Source: Vicugna vicugna (lineage: Eukaryota). From it: a stretch of 64,000 nt of DNA. Positions 36,095 to 48,677 of this stretch are shown in pieces. The stretch's first letter is position 1. Every line of letters begins with the position of its first letter. The DNA is taken from assembly GCA_013265495.1 (NCBI GenBank), contig MU058718.1, positions 1,674,001-1,738,000 on the forward strand. Direction: 5' to 3'. The notes under the pieces were generated by a model. That model ran no database searches and was not told where the DNA came from. It worked only from the letters and a program-made list of their open reading frames with translations. Position numbers and translations under genes: made by a program.

Positions 36095-36535
36095 TCCCCT
36101 TAGAGTAACCCTAGCTGCTCTAAGAGGTAAACCCAGAAATCTCAGTGGCTTAAATACTTGTTTATGTGAGATTATGACATGTATAAAATAAAACAGGTAT
36201 TCCTAGCCAGTGTGCAAGGGTGTATGTGAAGTGGGAGGCGTTGGGAAGAGGGTCTCTGTTCTCCAAAACTTAGGGTTCACAAGCTCTGCCACCTTCCACA
36301 CAGGGCTCCAAGGTCACCCTGAGCATCAAGATCCAGCCGGCAGATGAGGGAGAGAGGATAGAATTAATACACATACTTTACAATCACATCAGTCTGAAAG
36401 TGATCCTTGTCACTTCCATGCATGTTCCATTGGACACATGGCCCCACCCGCATGCACAGTGATCTAGGAAGTGTCTCTGGACCATGGCTGAGCTGTCACT
36501 CCGAGCAACTGTGGACAGCTAACCACCTCTGCCCC
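36095..36535 (-). mobile_element. Old MLT1 (I/K-like) MaLR LTR
   Basis: CTAGCTGCT...AAATCTCAGTGGCTTAA...GTCACTTCCATGCATGTTCCATTGG...CACATGGCCCCACC...CCTCTGCCCCA. Confidence 0.65.
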
Positions 36536-39161
36536 ACCCTCCCAATAGTGGTCGTGGCCGTATATTCAGATTTCCCATTTCTTTGCCCTCTGCCAAATGA
36601 CTTTACCAAACACATGAATAGTAAGCCCTAGGGTTCAAGTCTCTTAGGAAACAAAGTCAATAAACAACCTCAGACCTGAACAATTCAAGACCTGAAGTGT
36701 CATCTCACTGCTCACCCCATTTTCTTCATGTGCTAATCAACGGGGAAAAGACCCTAGACGAATTCACAGTCTGTCGTCAGTTACTGTTTAACGTGTCCAC
36801 ATCTTAACATGTCCGTGTCTTATTTGAGAAAAGGAGGTAGAAGATTTAGAACAGCATCAGATGTCTGAGACATGCTCAACAAGTAGTTGTTATAATTTCT
36901 CTCCTCCTCACTGGCGAAAATCGGAGGTGAAAGAAGATTAAGAGAGTGAAGAGTAGGAGCCTGAGGGAGCACAGCCCTCTGCGGCCCTGTCGCTTCACAT
37001 CCATCAGACCCTCGCGTAGAGTGAGTCTAACTCCTTCTGACCACCGTGGACTGGAGCACACGCTGCCCTTCCTCAGAGCCGGTCACCGAGACACACAGGA
37101 GTCCTTGCTCCCTCTCTCCTCGCAGATTTCACTTCCTCCTGCTGTGGATTTCATGGTCCGGAGTAAAATTCAGAATTTTTTTCATACCTTCTGTATTTCT
37201 CCATTGAGATATAGAATAGATTCTGACCTTACTCCCTCTGCCTCTTAAGCTTTTCCAAGGGAAAATTGGGTTGATTTTTTTTTCTTTTATAGTTTAAGAC
37301 ATGACTGGCTGGAACAGCCTCTGGGATACAGATCATTATTTGTCTTATTGCCATGGTGTTTATCATTTCTTCGTAAACACTCTGAATAACAATGCCTGCT
37401 CCAAGGAAATGAAGGTTTTTTTCCCCTTCCTTCTTAAAGCCTTCATCTTTTTATCCAATATTTCCTTTATCTTCTTCAAGATGATTTCAACTATTAAAAT
37501 TAAAGCCTTTAAGGAAAATATCAAAAAGGAAAAATGAGCTCATATTCAGTGAATCTGGATTGGCAAGAGAGCTTGGACTTGCCAAGAAACCAACATGACA
37601 GAAGTTAATGAAACTGCTTACTGCTTTTTTTTATTCTCACAAGTAGAACTGAAGTTTCAGGTGATTGATCCACTAAGATCTCTTCCAGTAACAGGACTAA
37701 TTTTATTAAGAGATTAAACCTATAGTATGTTAGTAGTTAATTAAAAAACTAATTCCTAAGAGGCGTTTCCATTGTAGGTCTGGGAGACAAGGAACTCATA
37801 TAACAATTTTCCACTTCAGATTTTTTACATCTTTCATGTAGACCTGGGTAGCCAATTTGATGAGGCAGCAGAATTGAGTTTTCTTAAGTACAGGGCCACA
37901 TTCAGCTCTCTCACTGATTTTGCTTATTTTTAGGCATTCCTCATGTGGTAGGGACTTTCTGGATCAGTTATTGCAAAATCCCTGTCCTCTGCGGGTTTTG
38001 GAATAACAAGGAAATGTGCACAGAATCGATCTAGATGTTCATGGTACAGAGAGCATCCTTCATAAACCACTACGAGATGTGGGAGGAGGATTGAAGCACC
38101 ACCCCTGGAGGGGTGGTTTCAGATTGTGCACAGGGAAATGACCACCGTGGGAACAACCAGGAAGTGACCCAAACGTTCACCTTTGTTAGGGAAAGTTCCC
38201 TGGTGTGTAAAGCAGATGTGCTGGTCATCCCAAAATGCCAGAGAAATACCTTGAAAACAGTAAAGCAATACAGTGCAAAACGCCCACCGGTGCCCCAGGA
38301 ATATGCAGCATACCGTTAGAATTATATCAGTTTATTTGGATGTCAAGAACCACACATCATCATCACAGAGAACTGCAAGAGATTTTCTTAAATTGGAAAA
38401 AGATACAGAATCGTCGTTACCACAGATACCGCAACAATCTGCAAATTGAGGGCTACGTTTGCCAGACATGCATTCCCTGCAAGAACCATCTCTTTGACAA
38501 TGGAGCATCCTCTCCTAAGTAATTTGCCAAATCAACGAAAGCCAGGCCAAAGCCATTCCAACTGGTGCACTTAAGTGTGCAGGTCCAGGACAGAACAACA
38601 TGGTGTCCATATGACTCTCACTACCCGTGGCAGGGCCAGAGGTGGGGGACTGTTAAGCAATGGCTTGGGGTCCAAATGTATACACTACAAGTAAAATGTG
38701 CCATCCTTTATTTCCCTTTATCAATCTCAAACTGCTCCTGCAATTCCATTCCCTGGTTCTTTGGGAATGGCAGCGGAGTGGTGGAGGTGTTGGCAAAAGG
38801 AGATGGCAAAGAGGATTTTTAATTTTTTAATATCCACTAAAGGTAACTTAATCATCTCTCGTTTAAAAGACCCTCTGGTCAACATCATCCCTTTTGGCTC
38901 AATAGCTTGTCTCAGCCTGAACACTCTAACAGGGTGGAGTCTCCCTGCCTGAAGAGGATTCCCCTCACCCTGTCCCATCCATATCAAGATCATATCTTGG
39001 TGCAGGGCTAAATTTAAATACCCTCACGGGGCCGGATAAAGGTCCCCTAGTATACACACTGCCCTCTGCTCAAAGTGCGTGAGCCTGGGTTTCTGCCCGC
39101 GTTCCTGCTGCTGTGCGGGTAGCCTCAGCTGCTGTGACCCTGGACCCGTAGTCTCTGTGTG

Positions 39162-39175
39162 GCAGCAGGTGGCGA
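39162..39175 (+). promoter_or_regulatory. Candidate CTCF site
   Basis: GCAGCAGGTGGCGA versus consensus CCASYAGRKGGCRS (mismatches at both end positions); CGTAGT upstream loosely resembles the upstream module. Confidence 0.45.
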
Positions 39176-40229
39176 TGCTCTAAGGTGCTTGCTCCTTGGC
39201 CCCCTCTCAGCTCTCCCTGGAGCCGTGGCTTCCCTGAGGTGTGGCCACCACTCTCACCCTGTCCCCACCCTGGGAAGGCTGCCTGCTGTCATCACCTGCA
39301 AAGTCCCTCGTCCTTTGCTCCAGTCACCCAGCGGCCAAGGTTACCAGCAAGCACTTTCAGGTACTTCCCATGTGCCTCTGTGTCCCTCCGTGCCACCTCC
39401 GAGCCATAGAGAACCAAGGGCCCGGTCTCAGGCCTCCTTCTCCCTGAGCACGTCACACTCCCATTACTGCTCTACTGCACTTGACGTGAGGACGCAGGGG
39501 GAACCCTAAAATACAGTCTCGTCTTAAAGATATAAATGGGAAGCAGGGTGCAGGGGGCCTCTGCTTCAAGCTGTTCCCTCATCTGTCTGAGGTTTCTCCT
39601 TCTTTCCGACGAGCCTCCCCAGGTCGAGGCCTAAGGCAGCATCTTCACCCCACTCTCCATCCCTTTACAACTCCTTCCTCCCTGGAGAAAAAGGCTCTCC
39701 ACTACCTCTTCCTATTTGGCAGGAGCTCCATTTCATGCTATCAGCTGTCTCCTCTATACTTTGATGTAGTCTGTCCTAGATATGGAATTTGAACACTCAA
39801 CACTTTAAAAAATTGCTCAGTTTTTGAGAGAACCTGAATCCGCAGCAGAGAAGCAGAAAGACTCGCAGTGCCCTGGGATTAAACCAGCCAAGGAGAAGTC
39901 CAAGAATTAAAGTTTCCCTGGCATTGGTCACTAGCAATCTGTGCTCCAACACCCAAGGAAACTGGGTCTTCTCCTGCAAAGGCCATGGCCTCTCCCTCAC
40001 CACCCTCTGCTCTGGTTCCTCTGTAGTGACAGATTCTCCAGACAAACATCCAGTCAGTGGTTCAGAACACAGTGTAAAGAAATTTCATGACAAAGAATGT
40101 GATGACTATTCTAAAAGTATAAATATCAGCTGTACTTTGTCCTCGGATCTGAGCCATAGCCCCTGAGATAATAAAATGTATTTTATAGGGTTATTCTGAG
40201 GAAACGGTTATTGTGAGGCCAGCCTAGAA

Positions 40230-40404
40230 GTACTGTAATGACTTCACCCAGCATTCCATTGGCCAGAACTCAGTCACATGGTCCCACTTGAATACAAGGG
40301 TGGTTGGGAAATGTAGTCCCTATTTGGGCAGCCACTTCCCAGAAGCAGTTCTCTATGAAAAAGGAGCATGAATCATTTGTAGACAGCAGCCCAGATCTGC
40401 CACA
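40230..40404 (-). mobile_element. MLT1I-like LTR fragment
   Basis: CATTCCATTGGCCAGAACTCAGTCACATGG...GGGAAATGTAGTC...TCTGCCACA. Confidence 0.75.
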
Positions 40405-40429
40405 GTGAAGACAGTAGAGCTGGTGGTGG

Positions 40430-40682
40430 CAGCACTACTGTTTACTATGTTCCAGGCTCCTGCTAAGTGCTTAACAAGTAATTTCTCATTGAATCCTCAG
40501 ACTAACCCTATAAAATATATTTTATTAGCCCACTTCCAAGGGTAAGAAAGCTGAGGCTTAGGAAAAAAGAAAAAAAGTTACTTGCCCAAAATCATATGAC
40601 TAGCCTGGGAGAAGCAAGGACCAAAATCCCAGGATATCTGACCATAAAGTCCATGTCCCAAGCACCAGCCCCATATTGCTTC
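40430..40682 (-). mobile_element. MIR
   Basis: TTTACTATGTTCCAGGC...CTCATTGAATCCTCA...AAGCTGAGGCTTAG...ACTTGCCCAAAATCA. Confidence 0.75.
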
Positions 40683-41399
40683 CTTTAAATTTGGCTACAG
40701 TTATTTGACCTCTTTGAGTGGTCTTATTGCCAGAGAAGTTCTTACTCACCACAAAACTTGGAACTCCTCTATAAGTTGGAGAATTATCTAGGATTTATGA
40801 AATTCCTTTGTACTTTTAAGCTCATTCTTCCTTTTCATTAAGCATCACTGGATCTCTCAGTCACCAAAATCTCCTTGAACTGAGCTTTCTCATTTCTTGG
40901 TTGCACAGCTCCAGAGAGCAGACCTCACACCCAGGACTCTCCTAATGAACTTGCCTCAAGTCATCGAATGTTCTTTTGTTGCCCTTGGAATCTATCCAAC
41001 AAGAAGTTTTCTCCAAAAACATCCTGTGACTTCATACTCCCTTCCCCAGTTCTCAGATGTTACAAATGGCTCCTACTCACTGTTTCCCTGAAACTCTCTT
41101 TTTAGGCTTAGTTTTGCAATCTATTTCTTTTGTTCCTCCTTCAAGAAATGACACCCTCAAAACAATACTTAATTTTAAAATTGTTCTGGTCCAAGTTAAG
41201 GCCAGATAGTTTTCATGTCAAAGAAAAGGCTAGGGTCAAGTCAGGGGAAAAAATTAATAGCAGTGGGGGTTGCAAATGTCTTCACCATGGCAGATTTGAC
41301 TTTTATTGTGGGGTAATTCAACCAGCCAATCAAGTATTTTCTTACATAAATTCAATGGCTTTTGGAGTGTTTAAAAAAAAAACAGAACTACTTTAAGTC

Positions 41400-41800
41400 T
41401 TTGATTGTTTATTGTAATAAAAGCCATTTCTCAGTTCTCTGAAGCCTTGTAGGTCTCACGATGCATTGGTTTTCAAAGCTAGATGTTCTGGGGTCATGAA
41501 AGTCTTAAAAACTGGGGTGCCTGACGTGAGGTTCAAGCCCTTCACTCCTCAAGAAGAAGCCCCAGCTTCAGCGTTCCCTCCTGATCATAGGTCACAGCAC
41601 TGACAGCGGGATTGATTAAAGGAGTGGGTCTCAGTGTCTTCTACCTGCATTTTTTTTATATGCCCAATGGGTAGAAGGCATTTTTAGGTTTTCTTCAGAG
41701 GAAATTGTTCCATGTGGAGCTATAGATTTGGAGTGGCCATGAGAGAAGGTGAGTCCAGGCTCTTCCTGTGTCAACCACCATCTTGAACTGGAGCCTCCTC
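41400..41800 (-). mobile_element. Isolated L1 5'UTR fragment (older Laurasiatherian type)
   Basis: Minus strand begins GAGGAGGCTCCAGTTCAAGATGG...GGACTCACCTTCTC...TCCACATGGAACAATTTCCTCTGAAGAAAACCTA...AAGGGCTTGAACCTCAC...CATCTAGCTTTGAAAACCAA. Confidence 0.7.
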
Positions 41801-42762
41801 ATTCTTTTCCTCTCAGAATGCTGTCTCACATTACTCACATTGCTGGAAATGGTCTCAGATCCTCACCTGAGAATTTGGAGCTCTCTAAGCAGCTGAGCTT
41901 TTGTTTTAATCTTTTTCTAGGACCTACAAAATCCCGTTTTACTTTCTCTTTTTTTGCCTTCTTTTAATTGAGAATGACTTTTCTATCGAAACAATTAACA
42001 TGCCATGTCGCCCTCCCTTTTAGTGAGCTAACGCTTGAATGGTGAGCTTGATACTTACCAAAGCCTCACCATACTGCTTTCTTCTTCAAGAATCTTCATG
42101 AACTTACCCAACTGCAAACACATAATGGGGTGTATGTGTGTGTCCTTTCTTCCCTTGACAACCAAGAGCCTGTTTCCCAGAGCCAGCTGTGGCACCTCGT
42201 ATGTCGCCATAATAAGCACACACCCCTTAGGAAGGATCCTGAGCAGAATTAGAATCAGGCTTGGTCGTTGAATCAGCCCTACTCACTTCTCGTCTTTTAT
42301 GGAAGAATCAGAGAAAAATTTCCCTGGGCCAGAGAGATCCCCCATCCCCAAAACCATTATTTCTCTGTGCCCAAAGCCCCAAACCACCATTGCCATGTTA
42401 AGTACTTAATACAACTTGTAGTGGACATGCAGCTAAATGTGGCAGACTGAGGATGTATTTTGATCTCCACTACCTGCCAAATATCAGAAAAATTATAGTA
42501 AAGAGAGAATAAAATACAGAAACTGGGAAGGAAGGAAACAACACGTGAAATTAGAGTAATTAAGTTTTGGAAGCTGAAAAGCAACTGGACTAGTGACAAC
42601 TGACTCAGCAGAGCTGAGAAAAAGAAAACCTAAGAAAGCCAGAAGCAGACTGATCTGGACCACAGAAGCCTCGTGAGCTGGAGACACCTGGCACCTCTTC
42701 AAGACGGAGCCTGCACCAGCCTAAAAGGCAAAGGACTTTTTATTCCAAGTCTACATAACACA

Positions 42763-43345
42763 ATGTTCCTACTATTTACTGCTGCATTAAAACCCACCCC
42801 GCACTTAGTGGATTCAAGCAGTCATTTTGTTTTGGGTTCACAGTTTTGTGGGTCAGGAATTAAGGAAGGGCTCCTCTGGCCCTGACTTCTCTGTTCCTTA
42901 TAGTCTCAGCTGGGGCAACTGGAGCGGGAGGATCCACTTCCAAGACGGCTCCATCACTCACGTGCTGCCACCTGCGTGATGCCTGGCCTCTCTCTTGCTC
43001 TCACTCTTCTGTCTGTCTGTCTGTCTGTTTCTCCCCAAGGAGTCTCATGCTCCAGAGTTTCTCCACGTGGCTTGTGCTTTTCCTGGCAGAGTGGTCTCTG
43101 GAGCTGGACTTCTTACACGGAGAGTAGCTGCCAAGACACAGGAAGCAGAGCTGCCAGACCAGTGAAGACCAAGCCCAGCACTGGCCCCGCATCACTTCCA
43201 CTGTATTCTACTGGTCAAAGCAGTCCCGAGGCCTGTCAGACTGAAGGGAGACAAGAAAGTGGCTCACCTCTTGATGAGAGGCGGCAAGCTCATATTGGAA
43301 AAAGACAGTCCAAGGGGGAAAAAACCCACAAATACTGTCATTTGG
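42763..43345 (-). mobile_element. MLT1G/H-like MaLR LTR
   Basis: ACTTAGTGG...GTGGGTCAGGAATT...GGAGGATCCACTTCCAAGACGGCTCCATCACTCAC...CACCTCTTGATG; accounts for ORF 42976-43404. Confidence 0.8.
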
Positions 43346-43620
43346 GGGACCCCAAGGAAGAGGCTCATTCCAGTTACTCAACAGTTCAGGCTGCCTTTCA
43401 GTAATCCCCTCCCACATGCACAGGGCTTACAACTGGCTTTTTTTTTTTTTAAGTCAGCATCACACTTTAATATGATCTAAGAACCATAGATATCATATAT
43501 TTGAGGAAAGCAACTAATATGAAAGAGTGAGATGAAAACAAAAAGCAATTAAGACTTTGAAGCTATATGTAATAATCTATGGAGACAAAACAGACTTTGT
43601 GTCCATCAAAGGGGAAAGAA

Positions 43621-43660
43621 AAAGATACTGGGTCTTTTTTAAAGATACTGGGTCTTTTTT
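43621..43660. repeat. Perfect 20-bp tandem duplication (AAAGATACTGGGTCTTTTTT) x2
   Basis: Directly visible. Confidence 0.95.
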
Positions 43661-44096
43661 AATTTTCCTCAAAGTCGAGAAGTTATAAATTTAAAAACTA
43701 AAATAATTCTACAAGACATCTAACAAGAACTGTTCAGAAGCGAACATTTTTAGCTCTTTTAGCAATTTTTATTATAGTTACCTCCATATTTTTAACTGAT
43801 ATGATTACACTAGTATTCCCTGATATTTCCATTTTAGATACCAATAAATACTGACCTCTTTGTGTAAAAAAAGAGGATCTGGTTCTTTTATGTGAGACTA
43901 CACATGTGTGTCATGGGAAACTATATCGTTGAATGCTTATCAAGAACGGTTTGTTCACTCCGTGCTGTAATGTGTTGGTGTGACAGGAGATTTTGATCCA
44001 ACTTAGAAGGAGGATGCTGCTGGGGGAAGTTTAGCAGAGCTGTACCACCGAGGTTGCAGTCTGTACCCAAGAATCAATGTGGAAGTAGAGGACTCT

Positions 44097-45303
44097 TTCT
44101 TTTTTGAATATATATATATTCTTATTGAAGTCTGGTCAGTTTACAATGTTGTGTCAATTTCTGGTGTACAGCATAATGCTTCAGTCATATATGAATGTGC
44201 ATATATTCATTTTCATATTCTTTTTCAACATAAGTTACTACAAGATATTGAATATAGTTCCCTATGCTGTACAGTATGAACTTGTTGATTATCTATTTTA
44301 TATATGTTAGTATCTGCAAATCTCAAACTCTCAGTTTATCCCTTCCCACCTTCTTCCCTGCCAGTAACCATAAATTTGTTTTCTATATTTGTGAGTCTGT
44401 TTTCTGCTTTATAAATAAGTTCATTTGTCTTTCTTTTAGATTCGACATATAAGTGATATCATATGGTATTTTTCTTTCTTTCTGGCTTACTTCACTTAGA
44501 ATGACAATCTCCAGGTCCATCCATGTTGCTGAAAATGGCATTATTTTATTATTTTTGAGTAGTATTCCATTGTATAGATATACCACAACTTCTTTATCCA
44601 GTCATCTGTCGATGGACATTTAGGTTGATTCCATGTCATGGCTATTGCAAATAGTGCTGCTGTGTACATTGGGATGCATGTAACTTTGAATTAAAGTTCC
44701 CTCTGGATATATGCCCAGGACTGGGATTCCTGGATAATATGGTAAGTCTATTTTTAGTCTTTGGAGGAATCTCCATATGGTTTTCCATCACAGCTGCACC
44801 AAACTGCATTCCCACCAGCAGTGTAGGAGGACTCCCTTTTCTCCCCACTCTCTCCAGCATTTACCACTTGGGGATTTTTGAATGACGACAATTTTGTCTG
44901 GTATGAAGTGTTACCTCATCATAGTTTTGATTTGCATTTCTCTGATAATTAGCGATATTGAGCATTTTTTCATGTGCCTGTTGTCCGTTTGTATGTATTC
45001 ACTGGGGCATTGCTTGTTTAGGTCTCCTGTCCATTTTTGGATTGGGTTGTTTGTTTTTTTCTTATTAAGTTGTATGAGCCGTTTATATATTCTGGAAATT
45101 AAGCCCCTGTCAGTCTCATCTTTTGCAAATACTTTCTCCCATTCCATAGGTTGTCTTTTTGTTTTGCTTATGGTTTCCTTTGTTGTGCAAAAGCTTGTAA
45201 GTTTAATTAAGCCCCATTTGTTTATTTTTGTTTTTATTTCTATTGCCTGGGAAGAAGGCCCTAGGAGAACATTGCTAAGATTTATGTCAGAGAATGTTTT
45301 GTC
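44097..45303 (-). mobile_element. L1 (camelid-type), 5'-truncated: 3'UTR plus ORF2 C-terminus
   Basis: ORF 44911-45147 ([21 protein letters not shown]...[17 protein letters not shown]) and 44383-44586 ([18 protein letters not shown]) are L1 ORF2; 44882-45364 is its antisense. Confidence 0.95.
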
Positions 45304-46554
45304 TGTGGAGGGACCTTTTGAGAGAGAGAAAAACAGACTCCAATCCCTTCTCTCTGAGGCTTAAAGTGCTTGAAATCTCTCTAGGGGACTAGGATGGCCC
45401 CTCACTGAAGCTAGATGGCAGTACAGGACACGAAACTCCAGAGGAGAAACTCTACAAGAGTAGGAGGTTCAACTAGCTTGAACAAAGACAGGAAAGTAAT
45501 GCCACGAATCAGAAGGCTAAACGGGCTCTGGGAGCTCAAGCCTGCTCACCAGGTATCTAGCCTCGTGGCAGCACACTGGCACCCTGAGTCCTGATCCTCC
45601 TCCCCAGGGGCAGCTCATGCTCTTGCTATGTTTCCTAAGCTTTTCAGGGCTGACCCAAGAACTGAGCACCAGCAGACCACACACTGGGCAGCTGAGAAAA
45701 ACTAGGGCATTTGACATCAGTCCTAGACTTGGGGTAAGAGGGAAATACATATTTTTAAAAGGTGGGGCAGGGGCGGTAAGGAGAAAAGTAACTCAGAGAA
45801 AGAATTCTGTTGTTTCCAAGGGCTCAGTATACATAGCCGTGCTTTCCCAGAAATAGTTCTTTTGCCCCAAACTCCAGGGGTGGAATAAATGGTCCCTCCA
45901 AACATTCTGAGGATAGAAAGCAGAGGAATCACTGATACCTTTGACCATGAGACTCAAGATAAAATAAAGGAAGGAAAAATCCAAGATCAGGATGGAGACT
46001 GGAGCTGTTTGTCTCTAACCAACGGTAAGAAGATTTTACCAATTCTTAATTGAGTGAGGCTGGAGACAGGTAATTAAGTAGGAATACTCCTAACACTAAT
46101 TAGTCCTAGTGCCCCCACATTAATTATGAAGTATAAAGTACATAATTCACTCATTGGAATTCAGTATCTTTTCAACAAATTGGAACTTTTCACAGTCCCT
46201 CCTAAAAAGGTCCTCTTGAACGTTGCTAAAATGGAAACTCCTGAGAGAGGCAGACTGAATCGACCACATGTGATATCTTCTCATCGGTGCATGGAAATAA
46301 CCGCAAACCCCTTCAGGCCACCAATTATCCAAATACCAAATGTATAGGTGGCCTTGGGAATGGAGCCTGAAATATTGCCATAAGTATAACCTAGGACATT
46401 CTGTTACAAGCAACAGGAACCAAGTCTGCATAACTTAAGGCCAGAAGAGATTTGTGGGGAGGATGTGGCAGGAGCTCAGAGAATTGTGAGAACAGATGGA
46501 CAGCTGGGTCTTGGGAGGCGCAGACACCTGGGAGCTCCTGCAGGAGCAAATAAT

Positions 46555-46720
46555 GCAACAGTTCACAGCATGGGCTTTGGAGTCAGACAACCTGGGTTTG
46601 AACCCCAGCTTTGCCCTCCCTAGCTGTGTGACCTGGGATGTTTTCTAAAGGATGGGTGTATCTAGCCACCCTCCACCCTTCTGAGCATCCATTTCTTCAA
46701 CAGTAAAATGGGGAGAATAT
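46555..46720 (+). mobile_element. MIR (resumes at about 47140-47210 after an LTR)
   Basis: AGCATGGGCTTTGGAGTCAGACAACCTGGGTTTGAACCCCAGC...TAGCTGTGTGACCTGGG...GTAAAATGGGGA. Confidence 0.85.
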
Positions 46721-46725
46721 TTTCC

Positions 46726-47120
46726 TGTGTCAGATAGGATGCCCTTGGTGACAAGTCATAATCCCCAAGAAAAGAAGGGAATTTAATGTCTTAAATTATT
46801 GAAAAGTCCAGTGGTAGAGAGGGCATCAGTGGCCCAATGATTTCACAACATCCCCAGCTTATTTCCATTGCCTGTTCCGTTCTTTGGAGCATCCACATCA
46901 TTCCAAGCCTGGATGCACTTTGCTAGCAAGATGGCCGCCAGAAGCTTCTGGAGTTTCATGTTTTCTCATTTGTAGTCAATAAACGGGGGGTTTCCTCCCT
47001 AGCTGTCTAATGAAAATCCGGGGCTTTCTTCTCATTGAACCACCTTTGTTCGTATGCCATGAGCCACTTTGACAAAAGGGGTGGTTCTGAGAATCACAGC
47101 AGAACATGAGGAAAAGGGGC
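46726..47120 (-). mobile_element. Old MLT1 (L/N-like) MaLR LTR
   Basis: TGTGTCAG...GGGAATTTAATG...GAAAAGTCCAGTGGTAG...GCAAGATGGCCGCCAG...CTCATTG. Confidence 0.6.
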
Positions 47121-47207
47121 AGAGAGAATACTGATCCATCATATTATATCCTGAAGTTGGTCCGAGGACTCAACATATGTAAAGGGCTCAGTAGATGAGT
47201 GTCAAAT

Positions 47208-47210
<3 letters not shown>

Positions 47211-47246
<36 letters not shown>
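47211..47246. repeat. (TG)18 microsatellite
   Basis: Perfect dinucleotide run. Confidence 0.95.
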
Positions 47247-47248
<2 letters not shown>

Positions 47249-47704
47249 TAGTGAAAGATCTAGAGATAGAAACAGAACTCAAGATATAATTTCCAATTTA
47301 AGACCTAAAAAAGGCCTAAAAACCAAAAAAGTTATAGGACCAATATACACAGTATTAACCCCAAAAATAAGTGTAAGAAAATCTAGTAGAGCTAATTTTT
47401 CCCAGGATAATCATTTTGATCAGGTTTTTCATATGTCAAACATCAAATTCTTTCTGAAACACTTTGGTACTGTGCTTGAGAACAGCTTAACCCACCTACT
47501 TGATAACCTAACATAATGTGTATGTGTGGGCGGATACAAGAGTGGAAAGATAGATGAAAGATAGACACATAAATGGGTAGAAGATATATTTTAACTGCTC
47601 ACATATTTCAAAGCCTACTTAAAGGCAGATATAAGATTAATTTGTTAGAATGTTATCTTTGTGCTACAAGTGCCTCAAAAATGACCCATCTTCTTCTGAA
47701 GGCA

Positions 47705-47875
47705 GAGTACAGAATTCTTAAACTAGAAGAGACAACAGAAATCATTATGCCAATAACTTTCCAGATAAGGTAATCTGGGCTAAAGAGATCTCTTAGCCAG
47801 AACCATACAGTTGGTGAGCAGCAGAATCAAACCTCAAATGTCCTGACATCCAGCAAAGCACTTCTCCACTATACA
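47705..47875 (-). mobile_element. MIR (MIR3/MIRc-like)
   Basis: CAGAATTCTTAAACTAGAAGAGAC...TTCCAGATAAGGTAATCTGGGC...GGTGAGCAGCAGAATCA. Confidence 0.6.
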
Positions 47876-48577
47876 ACCCCAACTCCCTTGATAATATTAC
47901 ATTTCTTAGCAAACAAAATCTTCGTAAGTGATACAAAGATAAACTTCTTCTCAGTCTGCCTCCAGCAAATAATCACAATTTTGGAATTAATGAAACCCAG
48001 ATAATGTAGACATTGTCATCCAGGGTGAGACAGGCAACTTGGAAGAATGTTTTACTTAATACAAGTTTCCCAGGTGTGAGAAACATGGTAAGAGGTGAGA
48101 TTTATTATTATTGGTGTTGTTGCCTGTCACTAATACTGAGAAATTGAGAAATGGCATGTTAATCAGCAAGGGACAAATTATGGCTATCCTTTTTTTCCCC
48201 CTAAAATGTAAAGAGTTAACAGGTAAATTGTGTCCCCAAGAACTTTCCATTTTTTACAGTCCTACTCATAAGTTTGCTCTCTAAGTGAGACTCCAGCTTT
48301 AAAATAGCAATGAAATGAAAGGCTACTCTCGATATGAAATATTCCACGGAGCAAACCCATACCCCACTTTTCTTGAGTGCTCTATTATTCTCACTTCCGG
48401 ATGACCACAAATAGCTTTTGGAAACTGGACCAGGTACAGAAACTAGTCAAAGAAAACAAAAGTAGAGGATAAAATTTGGAAAAGCCTGTCACCGATTTTA
48501 GCTTCCAAGCACACCACCAAAACTTTAATATTCAACAACTTAAGCAGACCTTTCTCAAGGACTGAAGTTGACTTAAC

Positions 48578-48677
48578 GGGGGTGTGGTGGGGGGATAGCT
48601 CAGTGGTAGAGCACATGCTTAGCATGCATGAGGTCCTGGGTGCAATCCCCAGTACCTCCATTTAAAAAAAAAAAAAA
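48578..48677 (+). mobile_element. Camelid tRNA-derived SINE (Vic-1-like), short form
   Basis: ATAGCTCAGTGGTAGAGCACATGCTTAGCATGCATGAGGTCCTGGGTGCAATCCCCAGTACCTCCA plus poly-A; TSD GAAGTTGACTT (48564-48574, 48678-48688). Confidence 0.9.

Noticed and set aside
42961..42980. CTCF-like CAGGTGGCAGC on the minus strand
   Set aside because: Mismatches in the 5' half of the core, and it lies inside an MLT1 LTR.
44882..45364. 160-aa hydrophobic ORF (similar ORFs at 4438-4656 and 29105-29323)
   Set aside because: Antisense reading of L1 ORF2, a common artefact.
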